DNA from: Polyangiaceae bacterium
GTDB lineage: Bacteria > Myxococcota_A > Polyangia > Polyangiales > Polyangiaceae
Reading direction: 5' to 3'
Assembly: GCA_965222375.1 (NCBI GenBank)
Contig: CBDCTZ010000016.1
Coordinates: 3,232,001 to 3,296,000 of the forward strand
Length of the DNA: 64,000 nt
The notes beneath the pieces were generated by a model. That model made no database searches. It was given only the letters and a program-made list of their open reading frames with translations, and was not told where the DNA came from. Position numbers and translations under genes: made by a program. This document shows positions 10,095 through 19,767 of this stretch, piece after piece. Positions within the stretch are counted from its first letter, which is position 1. The number at the start of each line of letters is the position of its first letter.

Positions 10095-11141
10095 ATGCCT
10101 TTGATTCACAGCAATCCATTCGACATTGTGGTGCGAGCCCCCCCCATCGCGGAGGAAGATTGGCAGTCTCGCATTGCCGACCCAGGCGTCGTCTGGTACC
10201 ACGATTTTCGGTCCGACAAGGAAGTCGACGCCTTCCGCTGGGCCGGAGGTTTCGGAAACGACCCCAACGATACGGCACGACCGGGAACCTGCGTTCGCAA
10301 CACAACGGATGGGATTACTGGAGGCGGCTGCCTAGAGCTCATCTATCGAGTGGGAAGCTCTTCCGCTCCCGGATGGTGGCGCCCCTTCGCGCCGATGAGC
10401 GCTGCCTCGACAGGCAAAGCCGTTGACGATCCCGCCGCCAACGGAGCGCTTCCCCTGCGACCGTGGGATCCTTCATCCAAGGGCGAGAACGAGGCCTTTC
10501 GCGAGGCGTACTACGCCCATCCCTCGTACATCGGGGCGGAGGGGTTCAGTGCTGACAAGTTCGACGGTTCTGAGTTCTATCTCCAATTCAGAATGAAAAT
10601 GGATCCGAATCGCTATCTCGCTGGAACGCCACCGGCTGGAAAGCTTTCGTTCTTGGCGACAACACAGCAAACACTGAATCAAGAGATTGTACACCAGAAC
10701 ATGCGCAACCGTCGGAGCCTTTGGTATACGAACTTTGGCTCCTCACCAGACACTGGCGGTTCAATGGGTGTCTACAATGGTTCGAAGCAGCCAGGAGGCC
10801 CATACCAAGCATGCGGCACGCCAGGCGGTGCGGCCGGCTGCTGGCTCTTCAATGACGCGGAGTGGGTGACATTCCTCTATCACCTGGTGCCCGGCACCCT
10901 CGACAACAAAGACACCCTCTTCGAAGTGTTCGTTGCAAGGCAAGGCCAACTTCAATATGAGACCCTTTTCTCCCAGCTCAACACCATTGTGTTTAGCAAT
11001 CCGAGCACCGGGCACCCCCGCGGTTACAACTCATTTCAACCCTCAAACTACATGAACGGCCAACCCACGTCCGTCGAGTGGTACCAGCGATACGATCAGA
11101 TCATCTTCTCCCGATCATTCATTCCGTGCCCTCTGGCGTAG
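10095..11141 (+). CDS. Hypothetical beta-sandwich protein (lyase/ConA-like), no signal peptide
   Basis: 348 aa ORF; EFYLQFRMKMDP, GKL and YDQIIFSR motifs resemble jelly-roll polysaccharide-lyase-like proteins. Confidence 0.65.
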   Translation: MPLIHSNPFDIVVRAPPIAEEDWQSRIADPGVVWYHDFRSDKEVDAFRWAGGFGNDPNDTARPGTCVRNTTDGITGGGCLELIYRVGSSSAPGWWRPFAPMSAASTGKAVDDPAANGALPLRPWDPSSKGENEAFREAYYAHPSYIGAEGFSADKFDGSEFYLQFRMKMDPNRYLAGTPPAGKLSFLATTQQTLNQEIVHQNMRNRRSLWYTNFGSSPDTGGSMGVYNGSKQPGGPYQACGTPGGAAGCWLFNDAEWVTFLYHLVPGTLDNKDTLFEVFVARQGQLQYETLFSQLNTIVFSNPSTGHPRGYNSFQPSNYMNGQPTSVEWYQRYDQIIFSRSFIPCPLA

Positions 11142-11149
11142 GCTTGTCA

Positions 11150-12247
11150 ATGGCCAACATTAGCAGCAGTCCATTTTCGGTCGCCATCGTCGATTCAACC
11201 GCGCTTTCGCGTGCGGCTACCGCACTCAAGCCCGGCGAGTCTGCGAACGTCACTCCGAACAGTGTACAGTCGCCATTCGATATTCAATGGTCACTAGCCA
11301 CAGTTTTCTACGACGCGGCTCGTCTCGAGCTACAACACATGGGCAAACCCGCGTCGAGTCAGCCAAATGGGACTGAGTATTCGCATTACCTGTACTCAGA
11401 GCTCATGGACAAATGGACGGCTGTGGCCAAGCCGCAAGCCGAGGACTTTGGTCACATATGGTCCTACGCTTTTGATCCAGCCACCGGGGACTACTACTAC
11501 TCGATCAGCAATTCCAACGGAATTCGCCGATTTCGCCGCGCCGATGGCGTTTCGGCCAAGTCGTGGATTGTTGGGGCCGATACTGGACCGACGACCGCTG
11601 GGCAAACCCTGAGTTCCGGTGGGCTTGGGGCAGCGATTCTCGGGTGGCATCCAAATCTCTTCGCATCAGGTGTCGGTGGCGTTTTCGCCCTCGGCGCTTT
11701 TCGCGCATTTGCCTACAACCCGGCCACCGATCAGTGGTCGCTCTTGATGAATGAGACCTTCGCTTCGGGCTCCGAGTTCCGAAATCGAAGTAACGGCCAA
11801 GCCATCTACTTGCCCGGACCGGATCGCCTGGTGATCTTTGGGAAGAGTCAGGACAGCGCCGATCCCGATTACGGCTTGTGGCTCGAGGCGGGTGCCGGTG
11901 CTTCAACCAATATCATCAACGATGGCTTGTTTCTCTCGAGTAAGACGTCTCCGCCGATCCGGGTTGTCGGGGGTGGTGGCAAAGCCGTTCACGGCCATGT
12001 CACAACGCACCCCGATGACCCCAACCGACTACTCTTGCTAGAAGAACACGGTACCTCGAGAGTTTGGGATTCGACAGACTTCGGTGCCACATGGAGTTCC
12101 AAGAACTACACGCATCCATTCCAAGAAATGCTCAACGCGTCGGCCGGTGAATACATCGTGGGAACCATCGCTCCCTATGGTGTCGTCGTGGGAATGACTT
12201 CGAACAACAGTGGCGGCGAGTCCGTCATATGGAAACCCGACGACTAG
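11150..12247 (+). CDS. Hypothetical beta-propeller protein, no signal peptide
   Basis: YNPATDQW and FDPATGDYY blades, Asp-box STDFGATW; 8 nt after the previous stop. Confidence 0.7.
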   Translation: MANISSSPFSVAIVDSTALSRAATALKPGESANVTPNSVQSPFDIQWSLATVFYDAARLELQHMGKPASSQPNGTEYSHYLYSELMDKWTAVAKPQAEDFGHIWSYAFDPATGDYYYSISNSNGIRRFRRADGVSAKSWIVGADTGPTTAGQTLSSGGLGAAILGWHPNLFASGVGGVFALGAFRAFAYNPATDQWSLLMNETFASGSEFRNRSNGQAIYLPGPDRLVIFGKSQDSADPDYGLWLEAGAGASTNIINDGLFLSSKTSPPIRVVGGGGKAVHGHVTTHPDDPNRLLLLEEHGTSRVWDSTDFGATWSSKNYTHPFQEMLNASAGEYIVGTIAPYGVVVGMTSNNSGGESVIWKPDD

Positions 12248-12271
12248 TGTGCTCGAACCTTCCGCTTCTTG

Positions 12272-12514
12272 GTAACCCGTCCACGAACAACATAGCGGTT
12301 GGACCCGCAGCCCCTCTTGCTCCACGAACGCAGCCGCAGACAGCCCGGAGTCTTCCAGCGCTCGCGGCACCTCCCGCGCTCGCGCCTCGGTCCATCGCTC
12401 CTGGTCCTTCCGCGGCGCCTCGCTTGTAACCAATCCCCCATCGTCCGGTCCTCCGAACGAACGCGTGCCACTAGCCAACCCAGCCCGTCTAGACGTCGAA
12501 GGTGGATGGGTTAC
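12272..12514 (-). mobile_element. Internally deleted IS66-family element (243 bp, MITE-like)
   Basis: 13-bp terminal inverted repeats GTAACCCGTCCAC / GTGGATGGGTTAC (1 mismatch); TnpA fragment RWTEARAREVPRALEDSGLSAAAFVEQEGL. Confidence 0.8.
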
Positions 12515-12870
12515 CTTCCAAGTGACAATTCGCGCCATTCCCATCAAGCCTACGACTGGGAACAAGTACTACTGCGTCGCCGGCACTGGTGGTGGTACTG
12601 GAACGAGCGCCTCCCCGTTTCGGGGGGCTTGCCGAAGCTAGTGCCAATGTTGCACCGGGCGATGTTTATAGGTCGCGCGACACAAACGGCAACTTCGCTG
12701 CTGCGACATTGACTACCTCGGGCGGCGAAGCAAATCACATTGTTTATGAGCCCGATGCGGGGCACTCGCCAGTGCTCGATGCTATTGAAATAGACGCTGA
12801 CCACCTCTGGATCGAGAATCTAGACTTCCGTTGGCCGGCAGCCTGGTTGGTTGGGATATCCACAATGTGA
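12515..12870 (+). pseudogene. Fragment of a right-handed beta-helix (DUF1565/pectate lyase-like) gene
   Basis: YYCVAGTGGGTGTSASPFRG, then a frameshift in a G6 run near 12622-12627, then LAEASANVAPGDV...TSGGEANHIVY...DHLWIENLDF, then early stop. Confidence 0.65.
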
Positions 12871-12998
12871 ACAGCGTGCAGTACCCAGGCTATGGCAGCT
12901 CGAGCTGCGTGGTGGAGGCCGGCTTCGTCTCCGCCATCACTGCGCTGGGCCCGGCTCTCGACATGACGCAGTAGGCGTGACGAGCAGGCTCGCAGCGC

Positions 12999-14465
12999 TC
13001 AGAGCCGGAACGGGTTCGACGATTCCACGTTGCGCTTTTGCTGGACCTTTCCGGCGCGTTCGCCGCCGGCAGTGCCGGGCTTGGGTGCCGCTTCGAGATC
13101 TTTGGCGGCCTTGTCCAGGGCGCCCTCTTGGTTGTCGAGGTCCGCCGCGAGTTTGGGTCGAGCTTTCGGCTTGGCGCGCTTGGCGAGGGTCTTGCGCTTG
13201 GCTCGTACCTGGGCGAGGGCGCGCTGCAACTTCTTTTCAGCGCCCTTGATGTCGCCGCCAGCAATGGCGCGATTGGCCTCGACCAGCGCGTCGGCACTTT
13301 CGGTGCGAGTCACGCGTGCTTCCACCTCCGCATCCAGAGGCAGGACCAGGTTGGGGTCTTTGGTCAGACCGACGTCGAGCTTGCCGCTGGTTCGTTCGCG
13401 ATTCCCCTGCGGACCGGCGTAGCTCAGTTCGACTTTGGCGACGTTCATGGTCAGGTCGTTGCCCGGGGTGGCGCGCACACGAAGCAGCACGGTCTTCTCT
13501 TCGTTTTCAGCGAAGGTACCCAGGGGCACGATGATGTCCCGACCCTCACGACGGAACGCGCGGTCCACGACTTGCTCCAGCTCCACGCCGTCGGCCAAGG
13601 CAATGCGCACTTCCGCGTTCTTGGCCGTAGTCTTCGATAGCGTGGCGACCTCTTTGTCGAAGGCTCGGGAAACGTCCGAGGGCGTCTCGGCAAAGTAGTG
13701 AGTGCCGTTGGACTCGAGGGCCAATGCCGAAAGCACACGCTCGTTGTACTCGACGTCGACTCCCACCGAAGACACCGCGCAATCCATGCTGCGAGCGCGG
13801 GAGGCCAGCCGCCGGAAGCCGGCTACGTCCTTGGTGCCGCTGGTGGGCTCTCCGTCGGAGAGCAAGAGGATGCGATCCACCATGCCGCTGTTCTGCCGCA
13901 GCGCCGCCATGCCCGCGTCGATACCGCAGGAGATGCACGTATCACCCTTCGCGCGCACGTTCGAAAGTGCCGACAGAGCGCGGTCTCGCGAGAGGCTGTC
14001 CATGCGGGTCGGGGGCAGCAACGTGTCGGTGATGGTGTCGTAGGCGATGATGCTGAGCACATCGCCATCGCTCAGCCGCCGAATCATGTTGCGTGCGGCG
14101 TCCAACGCATTGTTGAGTCGCCGCCCCTTCATGGAGCCCGAGCGGTCCAGCACCACCGAGAGGTTCAGCCCTTGGCGCTGGTTGCCTCCGGACTTGCTGC
14201 GGACCGTGGCCAGCACGTAGCTCTCGCTCTCTTGGCCGGACAAGAACGTGGCGTGGCCGAGGCGGCTCGATAGCGAGAGCGGGCCATCGATGGAGAACTG
14301 GGCGCCGGTGTTGTTGCTCAGGGCGCCCGTCGCCAGCGCGGTCTCAGGTCCGGTCTCCGGGGTGGTCGGGGCCTGCCAGCCCTTGGGCTTGGTCAGGGAC
14401 CACACCGCGGCGCTGCTGAGAATCATCCCCAGTGCCGCCATCCAGCCGATAGTTTTGACTTTCAT
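12999..14465 (-). CDS. VWA domain protein (YfbK-like)
   Basis: VLDRSGSM MIDAS motif, ILLLSDGEP, N-terminal signal/TM. Confidence 0.9.
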   Translation of the reverse strand: MKVKTIGWMAALGMILSSAAVWSLTKPKGWQAPTTPETGPETALATGALSNNTGAQFSIDGPLSLSSRLGHATFLSGQESESYVLATVRSKSGGNQRQGLNLSVVLDRSGSMKGRRLNNALDAARNMIRRLSDGDVLSIIAYDTITDTLLPPTRMDSLSRDRALSALSNVRAKGDTCISCGIDAGMAALRQNSGMVDRILLLSDGEPTSGTKDVAGFRRLASRARSMDCAVSSVGVDVEYNERVLSALALESNGTHYFAETPSDVSRAFDKEVATLSKTTAKNAEVRIALADGVELEQVVDRAFRREGRDIIVPLGTFAENEEKTVLLRVRATPGNDLTMNVAKVELSYAGPQGNRERTSGKLDVGLTKDPNLVLPLDAEVEARVTRTESADALVEANRAIAGGDIKGAEKKLQRALAQVRAKRKTLAKRAKPKARPKLAADLDNQEGALDKAAKDLEAAPKPGTAGGERAGKVQQKRNVESSNPFRL

Positions 14466-14582
14466 GCCCAGCTCCCTTCGCGCGAGTCAGTTGTACGCGC
14501 CAGCCACCCCATGGATTTGCTGATTATTGCCCGGATGAGGGGCGGCCGCCTCCGAGGGGCATGCTAGATTCCCGGCCACGTC

Positions 14583-15182
14583 ATGAAAAAGGCAGGATTT
14601 TGGGCATTGAGCGGGGCTGTGTTGCTAGCCTGGGGTGCGATCCCAGCTTGTGGCGGGGACTCGGATTCCGACGGAAGCGGCGGCAAGAAGGCCGTCGATG
14701 CCGGCACGGACTCGGGCGCGGGGGGCAGCTCGGGCAGTGGTGGCAGTTCCGGCAGTTCCGGCTCTGGCGGGAGCGATGCCAGCGCGACCGGTGGCAGTGG
14801 AGGCGGTGCCTGCGTGGCGGCCAACTGCCCTAGCTTGGGCCAGTTCGCCCAGGGCTGCTGCAAGCCCGACGACACCTGCGGCTACGACGGCGCGGCGATT
14901 GGACTGGGTTGCGTGAGCTTGAGCGATCTCCAAGACGGTGGCTTCGATGCGGCGATTCCGCCAGATGCGGGTGATCCGAATTGCCCGACCCTGACGGTCG
15001 CTGGCTACACGCTGCCGGGTTGTTGCTTGGGCAGCGGGTTGTGCGGCTACTTCGCACCGGTGATCAACCAGTGTGTCGACCCGGCGAGCTTGCCGCCTCA
15101 AGTTCCGGTTCCGGATACCGGCCCGCCCAAGCCTTGTGGCCCAGGCGTGGAAGGCGGCGCGAGCGACGCCGGCTCTGACTGA
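14583..15182 (+). CDS. Cys-rich lipoprotein
   Basis: Lipobox IPAC, Gly linker, two GCC..D/G..CG modules. Confidence 0.8.
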   Translation: MKKAGFWALSGAVLLAWGAIPACGGDSDSDGSGGKKAVDAGTDSGAGGSSGSGGSSGSSGSGGSDASATGGSGGGACVAANCPSLGQFAQGCCKPDDTCGYDGAAIGLGCVSLSDLQDGGFDAAIPPDAGDPNCPTLTVAGYTLPGCCLGSGLCGYFAPVINQCVDPASLPPQVPVPDTGPPKPCGPGVEGGASDAGSD

Positions 15183-15979
15183 GTCGCGTTGAAGCGCAAC
15201 GCGCTGAGCCACTTGGTCGGTAGACCGAAGGGGTGTAGCAGCTGAGCGACGTAGCCCCGTGGCCACGCGTCGACCAAGCCTAGCTCATAGCGCTCGCTCT
15301 TCGAGGGCAGGTGATAGGTGCCGAACAGCACGTCGAGCCAGGGAGCCAAGTTGGCGAAGTTGTGCTTGGTCTCCGTCACCCGCGCATGGTGGAAGTGATG
15401 CAGCTCCGGCGCGCCGAACAAGATCCGCAATGGTCCCAAGGGCACTCGGGTATTCGAATGGATGAAGATTGCCCAAGCGCCGCGAAAGGCGATCAGGCCG
15501 CCAACGGCTTCGAAGGGTAGTCCGATTGCGACTGCGGGCAGGTTCAAGAACAACACCGTGACCAAGCCGTCCAAGGGGTGCTCGCGGTAGGCCGCAAGCC
15601 AATCCAGGTGCTCGACCGAGTGGTGCACGGCGTGGAATCGCCACAGCAGATCGAAACGGTGGCAAGCGCGGTGAAACCAATACACGCAGACGTCACCGAC
15701 GACGAGCGCCAACGCAGCGCGAAGCGCGAGCGGCAGCTCCGAAGACCAGGGCCGCAATCCGGAAAGTGCTGGGACACCGAACCAACGATCCACTTGTACC
15801 AACAGCAGTGCGCTGACCCCGCCGAAGACGAGGAACTGACCCAAGAAGAAACACAGATCCGTCGACCACTGCGGCCGAAAGAACGCCTGATTGCGTGCGG
15901 GAAAGGCGCGCTCCAGGCAGCCGAGCACCAGCGCCAGGGCGCCCAGATTGATGCACGCGGCAATGGCCAGATCGATCAC
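15098..15979 (-). CDS. Sterol desaturase / fatty acid hydroxylase family protein
   Basis: His boxes YWFHRACH, FHAVHHS, FIHSN, HHFHH, LFGTY; GTG start overlaps upstream stop. Confidence 0.9.
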   Translation of the reverse strand: MIDLAIAACINLGALALVLGCLERAFPARNQAFFRPQWSTDLCFFLGQFLVFGGVSALLLVQVDRWFGVPALSGLRPWSSELPLALRAALALVVGDVCVYWFHRACHRFDLLWRFHAVHHSVEHLDWLAAYREHPLDGLVTVLFLNLPAVAIGLPFEAVGGLIAFRGAWAIFIHSNTRVPLGPLRILFGAPELHHFHHARVTETKHNFANLAPWLDVLFGTYHLPSKSERYELGLVDAWPRGYVAQLLHPFGLPTKWLSALRFNATQSEPASLAPPSTPGPQGLGGPVSGTGT

Positions 15980-16380
15980 TTGCCGACCGCTTGCTGCTGC
16001 ATGTTCGGCGCCTTGTTTCGGGGGCGGAAGGGTGCGGCCTTGGTGCCGGGGAAGAACTCCGGCTCCGGCGCGCTCTTCTTCTTCGCGGGTGGAGGTGGTG
16101 GCTGCGCTGGAGCGTAGGTCGCCGCGGGCGCGGGCGCTTTCGTCGTTGCTGGTGGCGGATTGTTCCAAGTGCTCGGCGGTGGCCCCTCCTTGTTTGCTGC
16201 GCCGGGTACCACTGCCCGTTCCGGGGCGACGGTCGTCTTGGAGCTCTCGGCTTCCGCCGAACACCCGCCAGTTCCTCGCACAACCAGCAAGCCAAGGGCG
16301 CCAACGGCCAGACCCAGCGCGCCGATCCGCGCTGCGAGGGGAGTTTTCGAGCTTTCTTTGGTTTCTTCAGACGGATCCAT
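15976..16380 (-). CDS. Small membrane-anchored Pro-rich protein
   Basis: TM segment ending GGC, Pro/Ala linker, C-terminal FFPGTKAAP; coupled to the desaturase. Confidence 0.7.
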   Translation of the reverse strand: MDPSEETKESSKTPLAARIGALGLAVGALGLLVVRGTGGCSAEAESSKTTVAPERAVVPGAANKEGPPPSTWNNPPPATTKAPAPAATYAPAQPPPPPAKKKSAPEPEFFPGTKAAPFRPRNKAPNMQQQAVGK

Positions 16381-16652
16381 CCCAGGCCTCCTGAGGCGCG
16401 AGAGCGCAGTTTCGACCTGCGCCACAGAGGTGCATCGCCCGAGGCGGACGGATCGTGACAGCCGCCTTACGCTTTTCTTTTGTTTGGATGTGCCGGCTCA
16501 GCCCGTCATCGGCACCTCGCGCGGAGCGAATGCCCGCGAGCTTGCTCTGCGGCTAGGGGTTGCAGGTGGGCCACCGCCGCTGCCCAGCTGAGCGCTTGTG
16601 GAGAAACCCGGTTGCCATGCGCCGACTATAGCGCCCGAGCGGCGCGCGCCAT

Positions 16653-17087
16653 CTACAGCCAGGCGTTGAAGACCACGGTGAGCACGCTCGCGGCGAAGAA
16701 GACGATGCTGGCGGCCACGCCCAAGAACAGAAACATCAACGGTTCTTGAGAGTCTCGCCACAATTCGCCGTGGATCTCGCGCCGAGCCCACTGGGGGCGC
16801 TCCGGATGGTAGCGGACCTGCACCACGTCTCCCACCGTCGCTGGCGCCTGCGCCTGGGTGACGATGGCGTAGTCGTTGCTGCCCACTCGATACGCCAGGC
16901 GGTAGTCGAAGCCATCGCCGCCGGTATCGACTTCTTCGACGACGCGCGCGTTGGTGACGACCCCCTCTGCGACGAGCCTTGCGTCTTTGCGACGCAGCTT
17001 GCGCGTCGCGAAGCCAGCGGCCACCGACAGTAGCGCGCTCATCAGAAAGAGCGCTGAGCAGATCCAGGTCAAGGCGTTGATCCCCAC
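16653..17087 (-). CDS. DUF3592-like membrane protein
   Basis: TM, GVVTNARVV...VGDVVQVRYHPERP, TM. Confidence 0.75.
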   Translation of the reverse strand: MGINALTWICSALFLMSALLSVAAGFATRKLRRKDARLVAEGVVTNARVVEEVDTGGDGFDYRLAYRVGSNDYAIVTQAQAPATVGDVVQVRYHPERPQWARREIHGELWRDSQEPLMFLFLGVAASIVFFAASVLTVVFNAWL

Positions 17088-17427
17088 GGCAGGCTCGCTT
17101 CAGCATGGAGCTTAGATCGAGATGCGCATCAGTCCCAAGCGCCTTACGCGCGCCACTAAGAACGTGGCTGCAGGCACAGGTCAAGCTGCCCCGCGGGCGC
17201 CGCGAAGAACTCCCGATGACGGCAGCAGTGCTACATCCAACAAAAGAAGCGAGATCAGCGAGGGGTCGTCACCTTCAAGAGCCGGCATGCCTGTTTGCTC
17301 CGCTGAGCCAGCACAAAACCGCGCTGAATTGGGGAACGTTGCTCGCGGGTGGCTGGGTCTGCAAAGATCATGAGGTTGGGGCCTCTTGTCAGAGATGTCC
17401 TTTCTTCGCCTCCGAAAAGGCGCACCC

Positions 17428-19707
17428 ATGGCAGACGCGAGCCACTCCTCCGAACAACCTGGGCCCAGCCGTGACGAGCCCGTGGGCTGTCTCTCGGAGA
17501 GCGTGCTCTTGTCCCTCGCTGAAGGACAGCTTAGCGGCGTCGAGCGCAGGCGCGCCAATGCTCATGTGGATGGCTGTGACGAATGCCGAATCGTGCTCGC
17601 GGCGCTGGTGCGCGCCTCGCTGCCCCACGACGAGCCGACCGTCGACTTGGGCAAGGACGGCAAGCCCCAGGACGATGCCCCCGAACGCCTGGAAGTGACG
17701 CGGGTAGTATCGGTGGTCGCGGGTGCGCGGCTGACCGTGACGCGGCGAGCTCGGACGGACACGACGCATTTCGCTACCTGGATTTCCCAAGAGACGGCTC
17801 AAGAGCGTGGCGAGGCGGTCCGAGAGTTGGTCAAGCGCTTGGTGACGTTGGATCACCCCAGCCTGGAGCGGGTCAGCGGCTGCTTGGAGCACGCGGGGCA
17901 GCTCGTGATCTTGTCCGAGTTCTTCGAAGGCGACACCGCGGCGTCGCTGCTCGAAGACGATGAGCTGCCCAGCTCCTGGGTACGGGAGGTCACGATTCAG
18001 CTCGTGAATGCCTTGGCCACGGCGCATCAAGCGCACGTGGTGCATGGGTCGCTGACACCGGATGACGTCTACGTCGACCCCACGGGGCATGCCACGGTGC
18101 TGGGCTTCGGTGTGCGCTACGCCATCACGCCCGAGGCCGTGCCCCTCGAAGTGGCGCGGCGCGCGGACGTGTTCGCGGTGAGCTCGCTGTGTTTGGCGCT
18201 CTTAGACAAGACCGGCGACAACGACTCGCCGTTGCGCACTGTGTTCAAACGCGCCAAGGCCGACGAGAAGCGCTACCCGACGGGGGGACAGCTCGAGCAG
18301 GCCGTGCGGGGCGTGTTCGATCGGGCTCTCGAGCTGTGGGGTGGGCGCGCTCACAAGATCATTGAAGATTGGATCCCGGCCCCGGGGCAGATCATCGGTG
18401 GCCGCTATCGCGTCGAGGGACTCGTCGGCAGTGGCGGCATGGGGGTCGTGATCACCGCGATTCAGCAAGATCTCGGGCGTCGGGTTGCGATCAAGTTGCT
18501 GCCGCCGCGAGCGGCCAAGAAGCGCTCAGCGGTCGAGCGCTTCGAGCGTGAAGCTCGCGCGGCTTCGGCGGTGCAGAATGAGCACGTCGTGCAGATCTAC
18601 GATGTGGGCCGCCTCGACAACGGCACGCCCTACATCGTGATGGAGCACCTGGTGGGTGCGACCCTGGCCCGGCTTCTGGGTCGCAGCGGGCCGCTGCCCT
18701 TGGAGCGCGCGCTGACCTACATCCTGCAAGCCTGCGTCGGCGTTGCGGCGAGCCACGCCCGCGGCGTGATTCACCGCGACATCAAGCCCGACAACATCAT
18801 GGTGCTGGAGCGTGCTGGCCAACGCGGCTTCGTCAAAGTGTTGGACTTCGGGATCTCCAAGGCTGATTTGGAAACCGAGCTGCGGGACTCGGAGAGCCTC
18901 ACAGGGTCCATGGACGTGCTCGGCACGCCCACCTACATGGCCCCGGAGCAAATCCGCAGTTCCAAAACCGTTGACGCACGCGCGGACATTTGGGCGCTCG
19001 GAGTCGTATTGTTCGAAGTGTTGACCGGGCGCCCTCCCTTCGTGGCTGCCAACCTACCAGCGCTGTCCGCTGGGATCGTTCGCGACGAACCGATGCGCCC
19101 GACGGAACTGCGGCCGGACTTGCCCGTCGGACTCGAGCGCGTGATTCTGCAGTGTCTGAGCAAGAAGCCCGAAGAGCGCCCGGCGAATCTGGTCGTGCTA
19201 GCCGAGCAACTCGAAGCTTTCGCGCCGCCGGGTGTGGCCGGTTGGGTCGATAACATTCGCGGCCTGCTTGCGCCGGATAGTCTGCCGCCGACAGGCGAGG
19301 GGCTGCCATCCCGGCCCTCGCATCTACCGCCGGCACCCGCCGTGCCTTCCTTCGTGCCGCCAGTGGATCTGGCGCCACCGACGCCGACCCTCGGCGACAC
19401 CCTGCAGCGCTATCTGCGTCGTCGAAAGCGCTGGCAACTCGTGCTCGCGGGCGTTGTCGCCATCATGGTCGTGGCTTTTGGTATCGCTCTGGTGACTGCG
19501 CCGAGCGATGAGGTCGCCGAGGTGGAAGCTGCGCCATCGGCGTCGGTGGCGGGTGGGCGCGCGGTCGGCGTGTCCTCGGTGGTCGGCGCTGCTCCGACCC
19601 TGGCGCCATCTGCCGGCAGCCCTTCGCTTGAGAAAAAACCGGCGAAACCCAGTAAAGGCGGACGGCGTTGGGGGCCCTCCCAGGGGCCGCTGGATACCCG
19701 CTACTAG
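17428..19707 (+). CDS. Ser/Thr kinase: zf-HC2 anti-sigma domain, pseudokinase, active kinase, TM helix
   Basis: HVDGCDEC; degenerate HGSLTPDD/GFG domain; intact GSGGMG, VAIK, HRDIKPDN, DFG, GTPTYMAPE. Confidence 0.93.
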   Translation: MADASHSSEQPGPSRDEPVGCLSESVLLSLAEGQLSGVERRRANAHVDGCDECRIVLAALVRASLPHDEPTVDLGKDGKPQDDAPERLEVTRVVSVVAGARLTVTRRARTDTTHFATWISQETAQERGEAVRELVKRLVTLDHPSLERVSGCLEHAGQLVILSEFFEGDTAASLLEDDELPSSWVREVTIQLVNALATAHQAHVVHGSLTPDDVYVDPTGHATVLGFGVRYAITPEAVPLEVARRADVFAVSSLCLALLDKTGDNDSPLRTVFKRAKADEKRYPTGGQLEQAVRGVFDRALELWGGRAHKIIEDWIPAPGQIIGGRYRVEGLVGSGGMGVVITAIQQDLGRRVAIKLLPPRAAKKRSAVERFEREARAASAVQNEHVVQIYDVGRLDNGTPYIVMEHLVGATLARLLGRSGPLPLERALTYILQACVGVAASHARGVIHRDIKPDNIMVLERAGQRGFVKVLDFGISKADLETELRDSESLTGSMDVLGTPTYMAPEQIRSSKTVDARADIWALGVVLFEVLTGRPPFVAANLPALSAGIVRDEPMRPTELRPDLPVGLERVILQCLSKKPEERPANLVVLAEQLEAFAPPGVAGWVDNIRGLLAPDSLPPTGEGLPSRPSHLPPAPAVPSFVPPVDLAPPTPTLGDTLQRYLRRRKRWQLVLAGVVAIMVVAFGIALVTAPSDEVAEVEAAPSASVAGGRAVGVSSVVGAAPTLAPSAGSPSLEKKPAKPSKGGRRWGPSQGPLDTRY

Positions 19708-19767
19708 GGCCGAGGAACGGGAAAACTCGATCGCGACGGCCCAGCCGTGACAACCTTCGCTTGGCGT

